Source: an uncultured Gemmatimonadales bacterium (GTDB lineage: Bacteria > Gemmatimonadota > Gemmatimonadetes > Gemmatimonadales > GWC2-71-9). From it: a DNA stretch of 64,000 nt. A program made the translations under genes and the position numbers. The notes beneath the pieces were generated by a model, which was given only the letters and a program-made list of their open reading frames with translations, did not search any database and was not told the origin of the DNA. The stretch is from positions 352,001 to 416,000 of the forward strand of contig CAWJMT010000004.1 of NCBI GenBank assembly GCA_963844035.1. The letters run 5' to 3'. Positions 11,939 through 23,345 of this stretch are shown here, piece by piece (position 1 is the first letter of the stretch; every line of letters begins with the position of its first letter).

Positions 11939-12926
11939 TCAGGGTTGAAGTGGGGGAGCGCCCTCCTCGTCCGTCCCCGCCCCGGCGATCCGCTCGAACC
12001 GATCCTGCACCCGCCGGGCCTGCTTGTCGCTCTCCTCGAACTGCTTGTACGCATTGCCCAGGTGGGTGCCGACCTTCTCGAATACGCTCCGGAACGCGTC
12101 GAACTGCTGCCGCAGGGCGCCCAGGTGACTCTGGATCTCCTGGGCCCGTGCCTCGACCTTGAGCCCCTTCAGGCCGTGGAGGATGACGAGCAGATAGGCG
12201 TAGAAGGTGTGCGGCGAGACCGGGACCACCTTGCGGGCCATGGCGTGAGCGAGGAGGCCCGCCCCGTCGTCGGGACCGTGGTCGCGCAGCATGCTTTCGT
12301 AGTAGACGTTCTCGGCCGGGACGTACATCAGGGCGAAGTCGTAGGTCCCCTCGTCGGGGCGAATGTACTTGTCGGCGATCTCGTCCACCCGGGCCTTGAG
12401 GGAGCGGATGAACGCCCGCCGCTCGCGCGCGGCTTCTTCCCCCGATGCCTCGAGCATCCGCTGGCAGGCTTCGAGCGGAAACTTGGCGTCCACCGGCACC
12501 AGCCGCGTCCCCACCCTCACCACGGCGTCCACCCGCTCACCCGACTTGAAGGCGTACTGCATCTGATAGAAGGCAGCGGGCAGGATCTGCCGCAGCAGCT
12601 CTTCGAGCCAGGTTTCGCCGATCATGCCCCGCAGCTTCGGGACCTGGAGCAGCTGCTGCACTTCGGTCACCGCACCGCCGACCGTCTCGAGCCGCTTGGT
12701 CACCTCACCGAGCTGCCCGAGCCGCTCGCGGACGTCCGACAGCACCTGCGTCTGGGCCGCACTTCCCTCCGCCAAGCGCGCGCGGCACCTGCTGCTGTGC
12801 CGCGATCAGCGCGTCGAAACGGGAGCGGAGCTCGATGAGTTGCTGTTGGACCGGCCGCAGCACGAGCACGAGGAGCAGCGCGATCACGAGCGCAAGCGCG
12901 GCGAGGAGCATTGCCTGTGATACCAT
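11939..12926 (-). CDS. rmuC: DNA recombination protein RmuC (frameshift near 12775)
   Basis: RGMIGE..LE, VPVDAKFP, KYIRPDEGTYDFALMYVPAE, VSPHT. Confidence 0.92.
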
Positions 12927-13241
12927 TCAGCGCACCCGCACTTTGAAGCCGCCGCCCGCGTCGTCCGGGGCCCATTCGGCGGCCAGGGGGCCGAGCGAGC
13001 CCTTCAGCAGGCCGGCGACCACCCCGCGCAGCACCGGTCCGGCCGGCGACCCTCTCCCCCTTCCGGTGATGATGTGCACGATCGCCCCGGGCTTGCGACG
13101 CTGCCACCGCTCGAGAAAGGCGCGCACGGCGGGCGGGGCTTCGATCGCACTGAACCCGTGCAGGTCGAGCTCGCCATCGGTGCGGGCGTCGAGCAGCGGA
13201 TCGCTCGAGTCGAAGGTCGGGTGGTTTCCACGCTTCCCCAC
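12927..13241 (-). CDS. Smr/MutS2 C-terminal domain protein
   Basis: LDLHG, HIITGRGRGS, GGGFKV. Confidence 0.9.
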   Translation of the reverse strand: MGKRGNHPTFDSSDPLLDARTDGELDLHGFSAIEAPPAVRAFLERWQRRKPGAIVHIITGRGRGSPAGPVLRGVVAGLLKGSLGPLAAEWAPDDAGGGFKVRVR

Positions 13242-13308
13242 GACACACTCTACAATTTTCTGGGACTGTTTGCGCGACGGAAGGAGTCCCCGGGCTAAAC
13301 CCCGGGGG

Positions 13309-13725
13309 CTATTGGCAGACGGGAGCGCCCTCGGGCGACGCAGCGGTCGCCGGTGCGGCAGGGGTCACCAGGCCGGTGTAAATGGCGCAGCTCTTCGACG
13401 TGTTGACGTTCGTGACGCTGACGGTCCAGCCCGCCTGCGTGCCCGCCCCGGTCGTCACGGTCCCCAGGGTATTCCCGACGGTCGTGCAGAACGATACCGA
13501 GCCCGCGGGTGCCGGGTTGGCGCACGAAACGGCCGTGGTGTACTTGAGCGAGTCGGCGAAGTAGGCCTCCTCGGCGGTCACGAAGTTGCGCAGGTCCGAT
13601 TTCATCGACGCGATGTACGCCTTTTCCTTCGTGTTGGCGAACTTCGGGATCGCGATCGACGCCAAGATCCCGATGATCACCACCACGATCAGCAGCTCGA
13701 TCAGCGTGAAGCCCTTACGGTTCAT
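13309..13725 (-). CDS. Type IV pilin-like protein
   Basis: MNRKG-FTLIELLIVVVIIGILASIAIPKF prepilin motif; C-terminal cysteines. Confidence 0.95.
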   Translation of the reverse strand: MNRKGFTLIELLIVVVIIGILASIAIPKFANTKEKAYIASMKSDLRNFVTAEEAYFADSLKYTTAVSCANPAPAGSVSFCTTVGNTLGTVTTGAGTQAGWTVSVTNVNTSKSCAIYTGLVTPAAPATAASPEGAPVCQ

Positions 13726-13991
13726 TCTCAGTATCCCCCATGACGGGACCAGTACGGTCCCACTGGAACGACAGGTTCGAATCGGTTGCCCCAGATTGCA
13801 GCGCAAGTCAGATGCCCGGGAGGGCACAGTCGTCATAAGTAAGCCACGCTGTAATGAGTTAAGTGCTATCGCGGCGGGCGGGAGGGACACGGCCCCGCAG
13901 GCCGAGTGTGGGACTTCTGCCTCAAGCGGAGCGGCGTGGAGGCACCTTGGGGTGGGTTGGGGGGGCGAACGCCGCCCCCCCATTCGCTGCG

Positions 13992-14834
13992 CTAGCGGCC
14001 CGTTGCGACCTCGAGGTCACTGTGACCGTGGTGGTCGCCATCGTGATGGTCGCCGTCACCATGGTCGTGATCATCGTGTCCATCGTGGTTGTTATCGCCG
14101 AACGCCCGGAACGACCGTTTGATGTTGCGGGAGATGATTGCGGCGTTGCGGGGATCCGCCGGGTCAAGGACCGCGCCGCTCGAGTTCGTGAACCAGCTCG
14201 CGACGTCAACCGTGATGGTGACGTTCGAGGTACTGGGCCCCACAGTGATCGGGACCGGGAACTTGATGTGAATCGCCGCATGCCCGCGCGATTTGAAATC
14301 GAACGGATGGCTCATCCCGGCCGTGTCGGTGAACGTCCCTGACGCCAATACGGCACCGAGCTGCACCATGACCCCTTTGTAGGTGCCAGCGGGAACGAGC
14401 GCGTCGAGGACGAGCGCCGTCGAGGTGTCGAGCGGGAGATCGACGGTCAGCGGTCCGACCTTCAGCACCGCGCATCCCTTCTCGTCATCTTCGTCGTCAT
14501 CACCTTCGTGGTCGCCGTCGTGGTCCCCTTCATGGTCTCCTTCACGTCCGTCGAAGCTCATCATCGTTGGCAGAGTGTCTTCGGGTTCCTCGAGATCGCA
14601 GCTCGAATCCACCGGGGCGAGCATCACCTTCCGTAACACGACCTGCGCGGTGGTGAACGTGAGCGAGCCACCGCTCACGCCACCGTGATGCTCCGTCGCA
14701 CCGGGCGTCGTCGTTGTCGAGATGGTGAGGGATCGGGTCGGCGAATTGCTCGGGTCGCAAGCGGTGAGGGTGACGATCAACGGGGCGAGCCACATGACGT
14801 GGCAACGCAAAGACGGCGGAACGGCTCGCATCAT
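13992..14834 (-). CDS. Lipoprotein with His/Asp-rich tracts (DUF4382-like)
   Basis: LTAC lipobox; GPLTVDLPLD, VPAGTY; GDHE/GDHD repeats. Confidence 0.65.
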   Translation of the reverse strand: MMRAVPPSLRCHVMWLAPLIVTLTACDPSNSPTRSLTISTTTTPGATEHHGGVSGGSLTFTTAQVVLRKVMLAPVDSSCDLEEPEDTLPTMMSFDGREGDHEGDHDGDHEGDDDEDDEKGCAVLKVGPLTVDLPLDTSTALVLDALVPAGTYKGVMVQLGAVLASGTFTDTAGMSHPFDFKSRGHAAIHIKFPVPITVGPSTSNVTITVDVASWFTNSSGAVLDPADPRNAAIISRNIKRSFRAFGDNNHDGHDDHDHGDGDHHDGDHHGHSDLEVATGR

Positions 14835-14976
14835 GGTGGACCTCTCAGGTTGCGTGAAACGGGATCTGCTGTCACAACATACCCCGGCAACGCAAAATGG
14901 AGTTCCGTGAAATTTTGGAGACAATGCATGAGACCAATGCGCCGGTGTCCTGCATCACACGGCACGCGGTTGGACG

Positions 14977-16434
14977 TCAGAGATACGGCTGCGCGAGCCA
15001 GGCAACGCCGTCCCGTAGTTTCACCGCGAGACTGCGCCCCTCGAGGTCGTCGAGGGTGACGCGCCTTGCGGTGGCCATCTTGGCGTCGAACACCTCGTTG
15101 AGCTGAGCGGCAAGCGCGGTCGAGTAGCACTCGACGGAATATTCGAAGTTGAGACGCAGACTGCGCGGATCCCAGTTCGCCGAGCCGATCATGGACCACA
15201 CACCATCCATCACGAAGAGCTTCGAGTGGTCGAAGGGAGGGGGCGAGAGGTACACCTCGCAGCCCCAGCGCACGACCTGCGAGAGCTGAGCGGTCGCGGC
15301 CCACTGGACTAGGCGCAGGTTGCCGCGCTCGGGCAGAATGATCTCGACCCGTACGCCGCGCAGCGCGGCCACGCGCAGCGCATCGATCAAGGGTGGATCG
15401 GGCAAGAAGTATGGCGTGGCGATCCGGATGGAGCTGGTCGCCTGGGCGAGCGCGCCCAGGATAGTCATGAGCAGGGTCTCGAAATTCTCGTCCGGGCCAT
15501 CGGCCACGCCACGGGCGAGTATCGCGCCGGCGGCCTCGAGCGGCGGAAACCAGACCGGGCCCGCGAGCGGTTCGCGGGTCGTGAACTCCCAATCGAACGC
15601 GACAGCTCGCATCAGCTGCTTTACCACCGGCCCGCGGACGCGAAAGTGCACGTCTTGGGTCGGCTCGGCCGGCTCGAGCGCGAGCATGCAACCATCGCGG
15701 ATGTTCAGACCGCCGCAGAACGCGATCGTCCCATCCACCACCATCAGCTTGCGGTGGTTGCGCAGGTTGACATACGGGTGGGGCAAGGGGACGCGTGGCG
15801 TCAGGAACCGGGCAACCGTGATGCCATGCGCGCGCAACGTTCTCATGATCGGCGGACGGCTGTAGCGCGCACCCACGCCGTCGATCAGCACGCGTACCAT
15901 CACGCCACGCTGCACCGCACGCGCGAGCGCGTCGATGAAGCGGTCCGCGACCTGACCGCGGTCGAAGATGTAGGTGGTCAAGCCAATGCTGCGCGTCGCG
16001 CCGTCGATGGCGGCGAGCATCGCCGGGTAGGCCGTATCGCCGTTCAGCAACAGGTCCACCGCATTTCCCGTCGTGAGTTCCACTCCGGTCACTGCGCCCA
16101 CCATTGTACCCAGTGGTCGAAGCGCCGGCGGGATGCCGGATGGCAGCGTCGTCTCGCAGCGCGGCGGCGCCTTGGGACCCGGCGGGTCGGTCCAACGGAG
16201 CGATCTCCCCAGGCGCATCCGTCCCGCCTGGCGGCGGATGCGATTGATCCCGAACATCGCGTACAGCCCCGCGCCCAGGAACGGCGTGAGCCACACCAAC
16301 CCCACCCACCCGATGGCGCCCCGCACGTCCTGCTTGGTCAGGACGATATGCGCGGAGACGGCCAGTGCGACGACCATGTGCGCGGCGGCCGTGAGTGTAG
16401 ACAGAGTCCAAGGGCCCAGGTGAAAGATCGACAC
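14977..16434 (-). CDS. cls: Cardiolipin synthase (phospholipase D family)
   Basis: N-terminal TM pair plus two HKD motifs (HRKLMVVDG, HSKLFVMDG...GSANWD). Confidence 0.93.
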   Translation of the reverse strand: MSIFHLGPWTLSTLTAAAHMVVALAVSAHIVLTKQDVRGAIGWVGLVWLTPFLGAGLYAMFGINRIRRQAGRMRLGRSLRWTDPPGPKAPPRCETTLPSGIPPALRPLGTMVGAVTGVELTTGNAVDLLLNGDTAYPAMLAAIDGATRSIGLTTYIFDRGQVADRFIDALARAVQRGVMVRVLIDGVGARYSRPPIMRTLRAHGITVARFLTPRVPLPHPYVNLRNHRKLMVVDGTIAFCGGLNIRDGCMLALEPAEPTQDVHFRVRGPVVKQLMRAVAFDWEFTTREPLAGPVWFPPLEAAGAILARGVADGPDENFETLLMTILGALAQATSSIRIATPYFLPDPPLIDALRVAALRGVRVEIILPERGNLRLVQWAATAQLSQVVRWGCEVYLSPPPFDHSKLFVMDGVWSMIGSANWDPRSLRLNFEYSVECYSTALAAQLNEVFDAKMATARRVTLDDLEGRSLAVKLRDGVAWLAQPYL

Positions 16435-16652
16435 CCTGAAATGGTGCGTCCGCTAGGCGAAGACTGCAACCATCTAGGAAACAGTCGCACAGACGCATTG
16501 GGAGGTTTGCCCACAGGTACAATGGACTCAAGGATGCAGCGCACTCACTCTGTGTACGGTGAGATGAAACCCGTGGGACACCAATCAGCGTCGCGGGTAT
16601 GCTCGGAGAGTGCTGGTGCGGTCTTCTCTGTAAACCGAAGGAGGGACGAGTC

Positions 16653-16946
16653 ATGTCGCAGCGAACAGATCGCCTTATGAAGGTGGCAATGCAAGCAGCG
16701 AAGCAAGCCAAACAGTGGGCGATCGTCGCAGGACGGGAGGCTGAGAAGCTGATGAAAGAGGCCAAGAAGCGGGCAGAATCGCTGGAACGCCGGCGTCAAC
16801 TCAAGAAGCGACTGGTGCATACCGCGCGGGTGATGCGAGCGGCCGGCAAAGCGGCCGTTGTCGCAGGGGTCGCAGCGGGGATCGCGGCCGCCGGGGCCGA
16901 GCTTAGCGCCGGCCGCAAGCAGGCGAAAAAGCTCAAGAAGGGCTAG
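16653..16946 (+). CDS. Small basic Lys/Ala-rich hypothetical protein
   Basis: AAGGAGG RBS; MSQRTDRLMK...; hydrophobic stretch near the C-terminus. Confidence 0.6.
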   Translation: MSQRTDRLMKVAMQAAKQAKQWAIVAGREAEKLMKEAKKRAESLERRRQLKKRLVHTARVMRAAGKAAVVAGVAAGIAAAGAELSAGRKQAKKLKKG

Positions 16947-16977
16947 GGCCCACGCCCGGGGTAGTGGGCTCGCCCGC

Positions 16978-18073
16978 TCAGGGCGCGAACACCCCGATGT
17001 CGATCGACGACGGCCCTACCCCGGGCGCGATGCTATCCACCAGCGCAAACGCTGGTGAATAGACGAACACGTACGGGGGCAGCGACTGCGACGGGCTGCC
17101 GAAGAACACCTGATAGATCGATCCGTCGCTTGCCTGCGTGGCGTCGAACGCACCGCGGCACGGCATGCCGGGTTCGGTGGTCACCCGCGCGCACACCGGG
17201 TTGAGCACGTCGCGCACGAAGGTGTGGGTCGCCGTGTTCCACACCAGCGTCCCGGTGAAAAAGCCCGACACATACGCCAGGCCGGTGGCGCCGATCTTGA
17301 TGCTCCCGGGCCCAGGGCCGAACCCGGAGTAGGTCCCCAGCACCTGCAAGCGTGGACGGGTTGATCGCGGTCACGCTTCCGTCGGCCACGTAGTCCCTGG
17401 TGTTCACCACGTAGACCAGGCCATCCGGGCCGACCGCCGCGGCCGAGGAGTTGGTGCCGCCGCTCTCGAGCGTGCCGATGCGGCGTCATCGTCGCGGGAT
17501 CGATCACGGTGACGACACCCGGGCCCGATCGGCGTGTAGAACGCGTCCAGATTGACCGAGACCACGAACGCCTTGCCCGCCGTCACCACGATCGCCGTGG
17601 GACCGGGCGCACCGACATGCACCGTGTCGGTGATCGCCGTGCTCGCCTGGTGAAACGTCACCTTGCCGACATAGTTGTTGACCACGTTCGCCACCAGGAA
17701 TGTGGTGTCGTTCACGAAGGCGACGCCGGTCGCGTTGCCCGACGGAAAGGTGAAGAACCGCTCGATCCGGGCTCCTTCGAGATCCACCAGCGCGACGCTC
17801 GCGGCGTCGCCCAGCGGCACCACGGCGTGCGTGCCGCGATAGGCGAGACCGACCGGCGTGACGGCGCTGCTCGCGCCGAACGGGATTTCGCGCCTGGTGG
17901 ACGGGCTGCCGAGCTGGAACAGGGTGAGCGCTTTGCCGGTCGAGTTCACCACCAGTCCGATCTGCGGATTGCTCGCCGTCCCCTGGAGGAAGTCCCGCGT
18001 GACCGGCGCGGCCGGATCCGTCGCTGCACGCGCCGACGCCCAGCACTGCCAACAGGAGAATGAATTGCTTCAT
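16978..18073 (-). CDS. YncE-like beta-propeller lipoprotein in the B12 uptake operon, frameshifted
   Basis: GVGAC lipobox; beta-rich repeats in three successive frames. Confidence 0.7.
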
Positions 18074-18083
18074 TGCCAAGCCT

Positions 18084-20274
18084 CTATGGTGTAGGTGAAG
18101 TCGCGGGTGCGGCGGCCGCGCGGCCCCGCACGTTGACGGTGAACCGCCAGACCCGTCCGGGAGACGGGTAGTCGATCAGCATGGCGCCGGCAGTGTCGAA
18201 TACGTCGTCGACGGCGAGCGCGAGCTCCATTCCGGCGTGCGACGAGTCGAACGCGACGCGCGATCTGCAGGTCAGTCACGCCGAATGCCGGCAGGGTGTT
18301 CAGGTCGCTGCCCGCGATCGAGCGGCGCGTGCCGATGTAGCGATAGCGCAGGGTGCCGCGGAACCCGAGCGTCGAGGCCGCGAGCGATCCATTCGCGGTG
18401 TAGCGCGGGCGGTAGGCGACCTGGCCCGAGAGCACCGGCCCGCGGTACTCGACGGCGACGTCGCTCACGTTGCCCGCGAGCGCCATGTCCGCGACCGGGA
18501 GATTCACGGCGGCGCCGAGCTCGGCGCCGCGGCGCCGCACGTCGTAGTTGCCGGGGCTCCACACGTAGCGAAAGTTCGGGAACCACAGGATCATCCCGTC
18601 GATGTCGGCCCGAAACAGCGACACCGTACCGTTCGCGGTCGTGCGGCCGATCCGCAGCGGCTTGGACGCAAGCTGTAGCTGCCAATCGTTGCGGACCCGC
18701 TCCGGCTCGAGATCGGGGTTGGGCTGAGCGAGCACGCCGGGCTGGAAGAACTGATCCGCCAGGGACGGTGGGGCGAACGCATTCGCCCAGGAGACTTGAA
18801 CGGTGGCGCCGGGAACGGCGACGCTCGCGCCCACCGTCGGCGACCAGTAGACGCCGCCGCCCTGGTCCATTCCATCCACGCGCGCCGCCGCCCAGAACGC
18901 GGGGTGCGCGGGGCCGCTTGACCCCAGCTTGGGCTCCGTGCTCGCCCGTAGCCAGCGCGCTCAGCACCTGCTGGGACGTCGGCGCATCGGCGGTGAGCGC
19001 CGAAGCGCGCACGTCGAGCCAGCGCCCTTCCCCCCCGAGGGAGAGGTGCACCGGGCCGCGGTTGCGACCCAGCTCCGTGGTCGCCTGGAGTTGGCGCACG
19101 CGCACCGAGTCGTCGTAGGGCGGAGACGATGGCGGCGCGGGATCGGTGTAGCGCGCCTCGCGCTCGCTCGCATCGACGTCGGCGCGCCACTCGAGCGTGC
19201 CGATCACCCGGCGAGTAGAAAGGGCTGCCCCGAGTCGATGCTCCGCCTGGCGCGCGTCTGGAGTCGGCTGAGCGATCGGTCCGGGGAGTCCCCGCGCGAC
19301 GTCGAGGTAGTCGGCGCGGACCTCCACGATCGAGCGCCGGCCGGCCAGCCGGAACGTGCCGAGCAGCGAGTTGTTGCGCCCGTCGCCATTCTCCCGCTCG
19401 GCGGTGCCACCACCCCGGACCGGGGGGACGTCGTACTCAAAGTCGCCGGCGAACTGATTGAGGCCCCCGGAGAGCGAGCCTGCCAGCGTGCGCTCGCCCC
19501 GCTCGCGGACCAGCGAGGCGGCGCCCCGCGCAGTACGCTCCCCCCATTCACCGGCGCCGAGTGCGAGCCAGCCTTCGGTGACTGTCGGACGGCGTCGCTC
19601 GATCGCGATCACACCCGCGAGCGCGCGCGACCCGTATCGCGCCGCGGCGCCGCCTCGCACGATGGTCACACGCTCGATCTGCTCGAGCGGCAGCGAGGCG
19701 AGATCCACCTCGCCGGTGGTCGGATCGTTCAGCGGCACCCCGTCGAGCAGCACGAGGACTTCCTGCGCCGAGCTGCCGCGGATCGAGACCGACGCCGGTG
19801 ACCCCGGGCCGCCGTGCTGGGTGATCGTGACACTCGGTTGTCCGGCGAGCAGCGCGGGCATGTCGGGGGCGTGGGCCGCGTCGATTTGCGCCCGATCGAT
19901 TACTGAGGTGCCGGGGCCGTCCGGGCGCGCGGCGGTCACGGCGATCGGCGCCAGCGTCACCGGATTCGCCTCGAGCAGCACCACCAGCTGCTCCACGCGC
20001 CCGTCGGCGAGGGTGACGCGCCGGCGCGCGGGGCGATATCCGATCGCGGCGACCTCGATCTCCCACTCACCCGCCGGCAAGCCCCTGACCCGGAACCGGC
20101 CCGACGCATCGGTCTGGACGACCAGTCCGGTCAGCAACACCGACACTCGTGCGCTCGGTAGTGCCTGCTGCGTCTGTGCGTCTGTAACCTGTCCCACTAG
20201 TTCTGCAGGAAACTGCGCGACGAGCGGCGCGGCGGCGCATCCGAGCACGCCGCGACGACCAACGCGGCTCGCAT
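18084..20274 (-). CDS. TonB-dependent receptor (BtuB-like) with N-terminal carboxypeptidase-regulatory-like domain, frameshifted
   Basis: SIRGS..EVLVLLDGVPLND, IERVTIVRGG..ARYG...GVIAI plug; NPDLEPE. Confidence 0.88.
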
Positions 20275-20284
20275 CAGGGAACGT

Positions 20285-21100
20285 TCAGGTCGCATCGGCG
20301 TCACGCATGCGGGGAACGATCAACGGCGCGCCCGCGTCGGGGCCCGGCCCCGGATGCCGCACGACCTCGACCGGCCAGTTGTACACGCGCGACAGCGTCG
20401 CTTCGGTCAACACGTCGCGCGGCGCGCCCGCCACCGCCAACCGCCCGCGATCGAACAGCAGCACCCGATCGGCGAGGCGGGCGGCGAGGGTGAGGTTGTG
20501 GGTGACGATCACGACCGACCGGCCCGCGCCCGCCAACCGCCGGCAGAGCACGAACAACTCGACCTCGTGACGCACGTCGAGCCCGGCCGACGGCTCGTCG
20601 AGCACCAGCGCTTCCCCCTGCTGCGCCAGCGCGCGCGCGATGCGGATGCGCTGGCGCTCGCCGCCGCTCAGCGAGTCGAACCGCCGCGCCGCGAACTCCG
20701 TCGCCTCCACGTCGGCGAGCGCCTCCGCGATGAGGCGGCGATCCTCCGCTCCTTCGGCGCGCCAGGGGCCGAGGTGGGGATAGCGCCCCATCGCGACGAC
20801 CTCGCGCGCGCGCAGCGGAAACGCCGTCTCTTCGCCCTGGGGCACGAATCCCACTCGGCGCGCCATGGCCTCGCGCGGCCAGGCACCGGCCGGCCGGCCG
20901 CTGTAGAGCACTTCGCCCCGCGTCGGCTGGGCGAGCCCCAGGAGCAGCCGCGCGAAGGTCGACTTCCCTGCGCCATTGGGGCCGATGAGCGCCGTCAACG
21001 CTCCAGGGGCGATCGTGCACTCGACGTCCACGACCGCTTCCTCGGCGCCGCCGGGGTAGCGGAACGCGGCGCGGCGCGCCTCCCACACCGGCTCAGACAT
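20285..21100 (-). CDS. Cobalamin/iron-chelate ABC transporter ATP-binding protein (BtuD/FecE-like)
   Basis: GPNGAGKST, LSGGERQR, LDEP, VTH. Confidence 0.93.
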   Translation of the reverse strand: MSEPVWEARRAAFRYPGGAEEAVVDVECTIAPGALTALIGPNGAGKSTFARLLLGLAQPTRGEVLYSGRPAGAWPREAMARRVGFVPQGEETAFPLRAREVVAMGRYPHLGPWRAEGAEDRRLIAEALADVEATEFAARRFDSLSGGERQRIRIARALAQQGEALVLDEPSAGLDVRHEVELFVLCRRLAGAGRSVVIVTHNLTLAARLADRVLLFDRGRLAVAGAPRDVLTEATLSRVYNWPVEVVRHPGPGPDAGAPLIVPRMRDADAT

Positions 21101-22095
21101 CGCGCCGCCTGAGTAAGACGATGAAAAACGGCACGCCGACGAACGCCGTGATCACCCCGATCGGCAGCTCGCCCGGGCGCCGCGACGGTGCGCGCGGTGG
21201 CGTCGGCGAGCACCAGGAACGCGGCGCCGAGCAAGGCGGTACAGGGGATCAGCAAGCGGTGATCGCTGCCCCACAGCAGCCGGACCGCGTGCGGCACGAC
21301 CAGTCCCACGAACCCAATCACACCGCTCACCGCAACCGCCAGGGCCGCGAGCAGCGCCGCCAGCGCAAAGCAGAGGTACTTCACCCGCTCGACCTGTACG
21401 CCCAGCGCCGCCGCGGTCGCTTCGCCGACGGCGAGCAGGTTCAGCGAGCGGGCGAACCCGAACAGCAGCGTCGCCGCGACTGCCAGCGGGATGCCGAGCA
21501 GGGCTGCGTACTGCCACGTGGCGCCGGCCAGACTCCCCATCATCCAGAACACCGCCGACCGGAACGACTCCACGTCGGCGAAGGTGAGAAACAGCAGGAT
21601 CGCCGCGTTGCCGAACGCGCCCACGATCACACCGGCGAGCAGCAGCGTCTGCGGGTCGAGCACCCGTCCCGGCGCGGTCGCCACGCGGAACACCAGCAGC
21701 ACGGCCGAGATGGCGCCGACGAACGCCGCGGTCGGGATCACCCAGGCACCCAGCTGGTCGAGGTGCAGCACCACCGCGGCGACCGACCCCGTCGCGGCGC
21801 CGCTCGACACGCCCAGGATGAACGGGTCCGCGAGCGGGTTCCGCAGCAGCGCCTGGAACGTCATGCCGGAGAGCGCCAACGCCGCGCCGCACAGCGCCGC
21901 GAGCACGACGCGCGGCGCCCGCAGGCCGCGCACGATGGCGAGGGTGCGCTCGTCCCCTTCGCCGAGCAGCGCCCGCACGATGTCGCCCGTCGAGAGGCCC
22001 ACCGCCCCGATCCGGATCGCGATCAGCACGGCGGCGATCAGGAGGAGTGCGAGCAGCGCGATGCGCGGCAGAACGGCCGGCTCCCGTGCGGTCAC
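21093..22095 (-). CDS. Cobalamin/iron-chelate ABC permease (FecCD/BtuC family)
   Basis: RAPRV, FQALLRNPLADPFILGVSSGA, GVIGFVGLVVPH. Confidence 0.93.
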
Positions 22096-23004
22096 GCTCC
22101 GCACCCCGCGCGGTGGATCGCGACCCGCAGCTGCTCCGCGGCCCGGGCGATGCTCGGGCCCGGGACGATTCACCAGATCGGCGTCCACCTGCACCACGCA
22201 GCCGCGTTTGACCGCCCGGAGGTCCCTCCATCCGGCCTCGCTGCGCAGCCGGTCCAGAGTGCGGGCCGGCATTTCTCCGACTGGCAGCACCACCAGATCG
22301 GGATCCCGCCGCACGACTTCTTCGAGCGACACGGTGGGCCATCTCACGACGGCATCCGCGAACACATTGTCGCCCCCGGCGACGTCGAGGATCTGCGCGA
22401 TGAACGTGTTCTGACCCGTGGTCATGGGCGGGTCGTTGAAGACCACGTAGAAGACGCGCCGCCGTCCCTGCGCGGCCGCCAGCGCGCGCGTCACGGCGAG
22501 CGAATCGTGCAGCCGCCGCAACAGCGTGTCGGCCCGCGCCGTGAGGTCGAGCGCTTCGCCTAGCAAAGCGATGGCGCGGAAGGTGTCGGTCGTGTCTTCG
22601 AGCGACAGGTTCATGGTGGGAATGCCTGCCGCTTCCAGTCGACGGCGGATTTCGGCGCGTTTGTCGGACCACCAGCTGAGCACCAGCTCAGGGGCCAGGC
22701 CGACGATCGTCTCGAAGTTCGGGTCGAGCCCACCGCCGACCACGGGAAGCGAAGCGACGGAGCTGTCGTGATCGTACCGGGTGCGGCCGACGAGCCGGTC
22801 GCGGGCGCCGAGGGCGATGATCGCTTCGGTACCGCTCGGGACCAGCGAGATGATGCGGCGCGGGACGTGCGGGAGGGTGACGGAGCGACCGGCGTCGTCC
22901 ACGACGGTGATGGGCCGGTCTGGCGCCGCTCCGGCGCGCGAGGACGCGGGCCGGTCGCATGCGACAAGCAACAGCAGCACCCCAAAAACACGAACACCCA
23001 CCAT
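22092..23004 (-). CDS. Cobalamin-binding periplasmic lipoprotein (BtuF-like)
   Basis: LVAC lipobox; RRIISLVPSGTE, VSLEEVVRRDPD, LVNRPGP. Confidence 0.9.
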
Positions 23005-23107
23005 TCCCAGTGCTCCGGGGACGGGGGGTGCTGCCGGCGGACGCCACCCACGATAAGGAGACGCCGCTCACCCCCGCGTCGCTCCCTCGAGTGACGAATG
23101 CGGGCGC

Positions 23108-23290
23108 AGGCGAGCCGGTCTCCTGGCTCGAGGCAGCGCCATCGGCCTTCCCAGGGGGGCTATGCACATCCCCAGTGGCCAGACTTCGGTGGCGTCTTCC
23201 GCGGTGCTCCGCGGGCCTCTTACAGTGGCGGGGCCGCGCCGGTCTCACACCGGCTTCCGTATGGTCCGCCTGCGTCTGTTTTGGACTTCG
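23108..23290 (-). promoter_or_regulatory. Cobalamin riboswitch
   Basis: Minus strand reads GGAAGCCGGUG...CCGGCGCGGCCCCGCCACUGUAA...GCCACUGGG...GGGAAGGC...GAGCCAGGAGACCGGC (B12 box), upstream of the btu-like operon. Confidence 0.95.
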
Positions 23291-23345
23291 GGAGCGAAGC
23301 TATCCAGCCGCCGCTGCAGACGCAAGCTCGCTATCTTAGCGCTCC

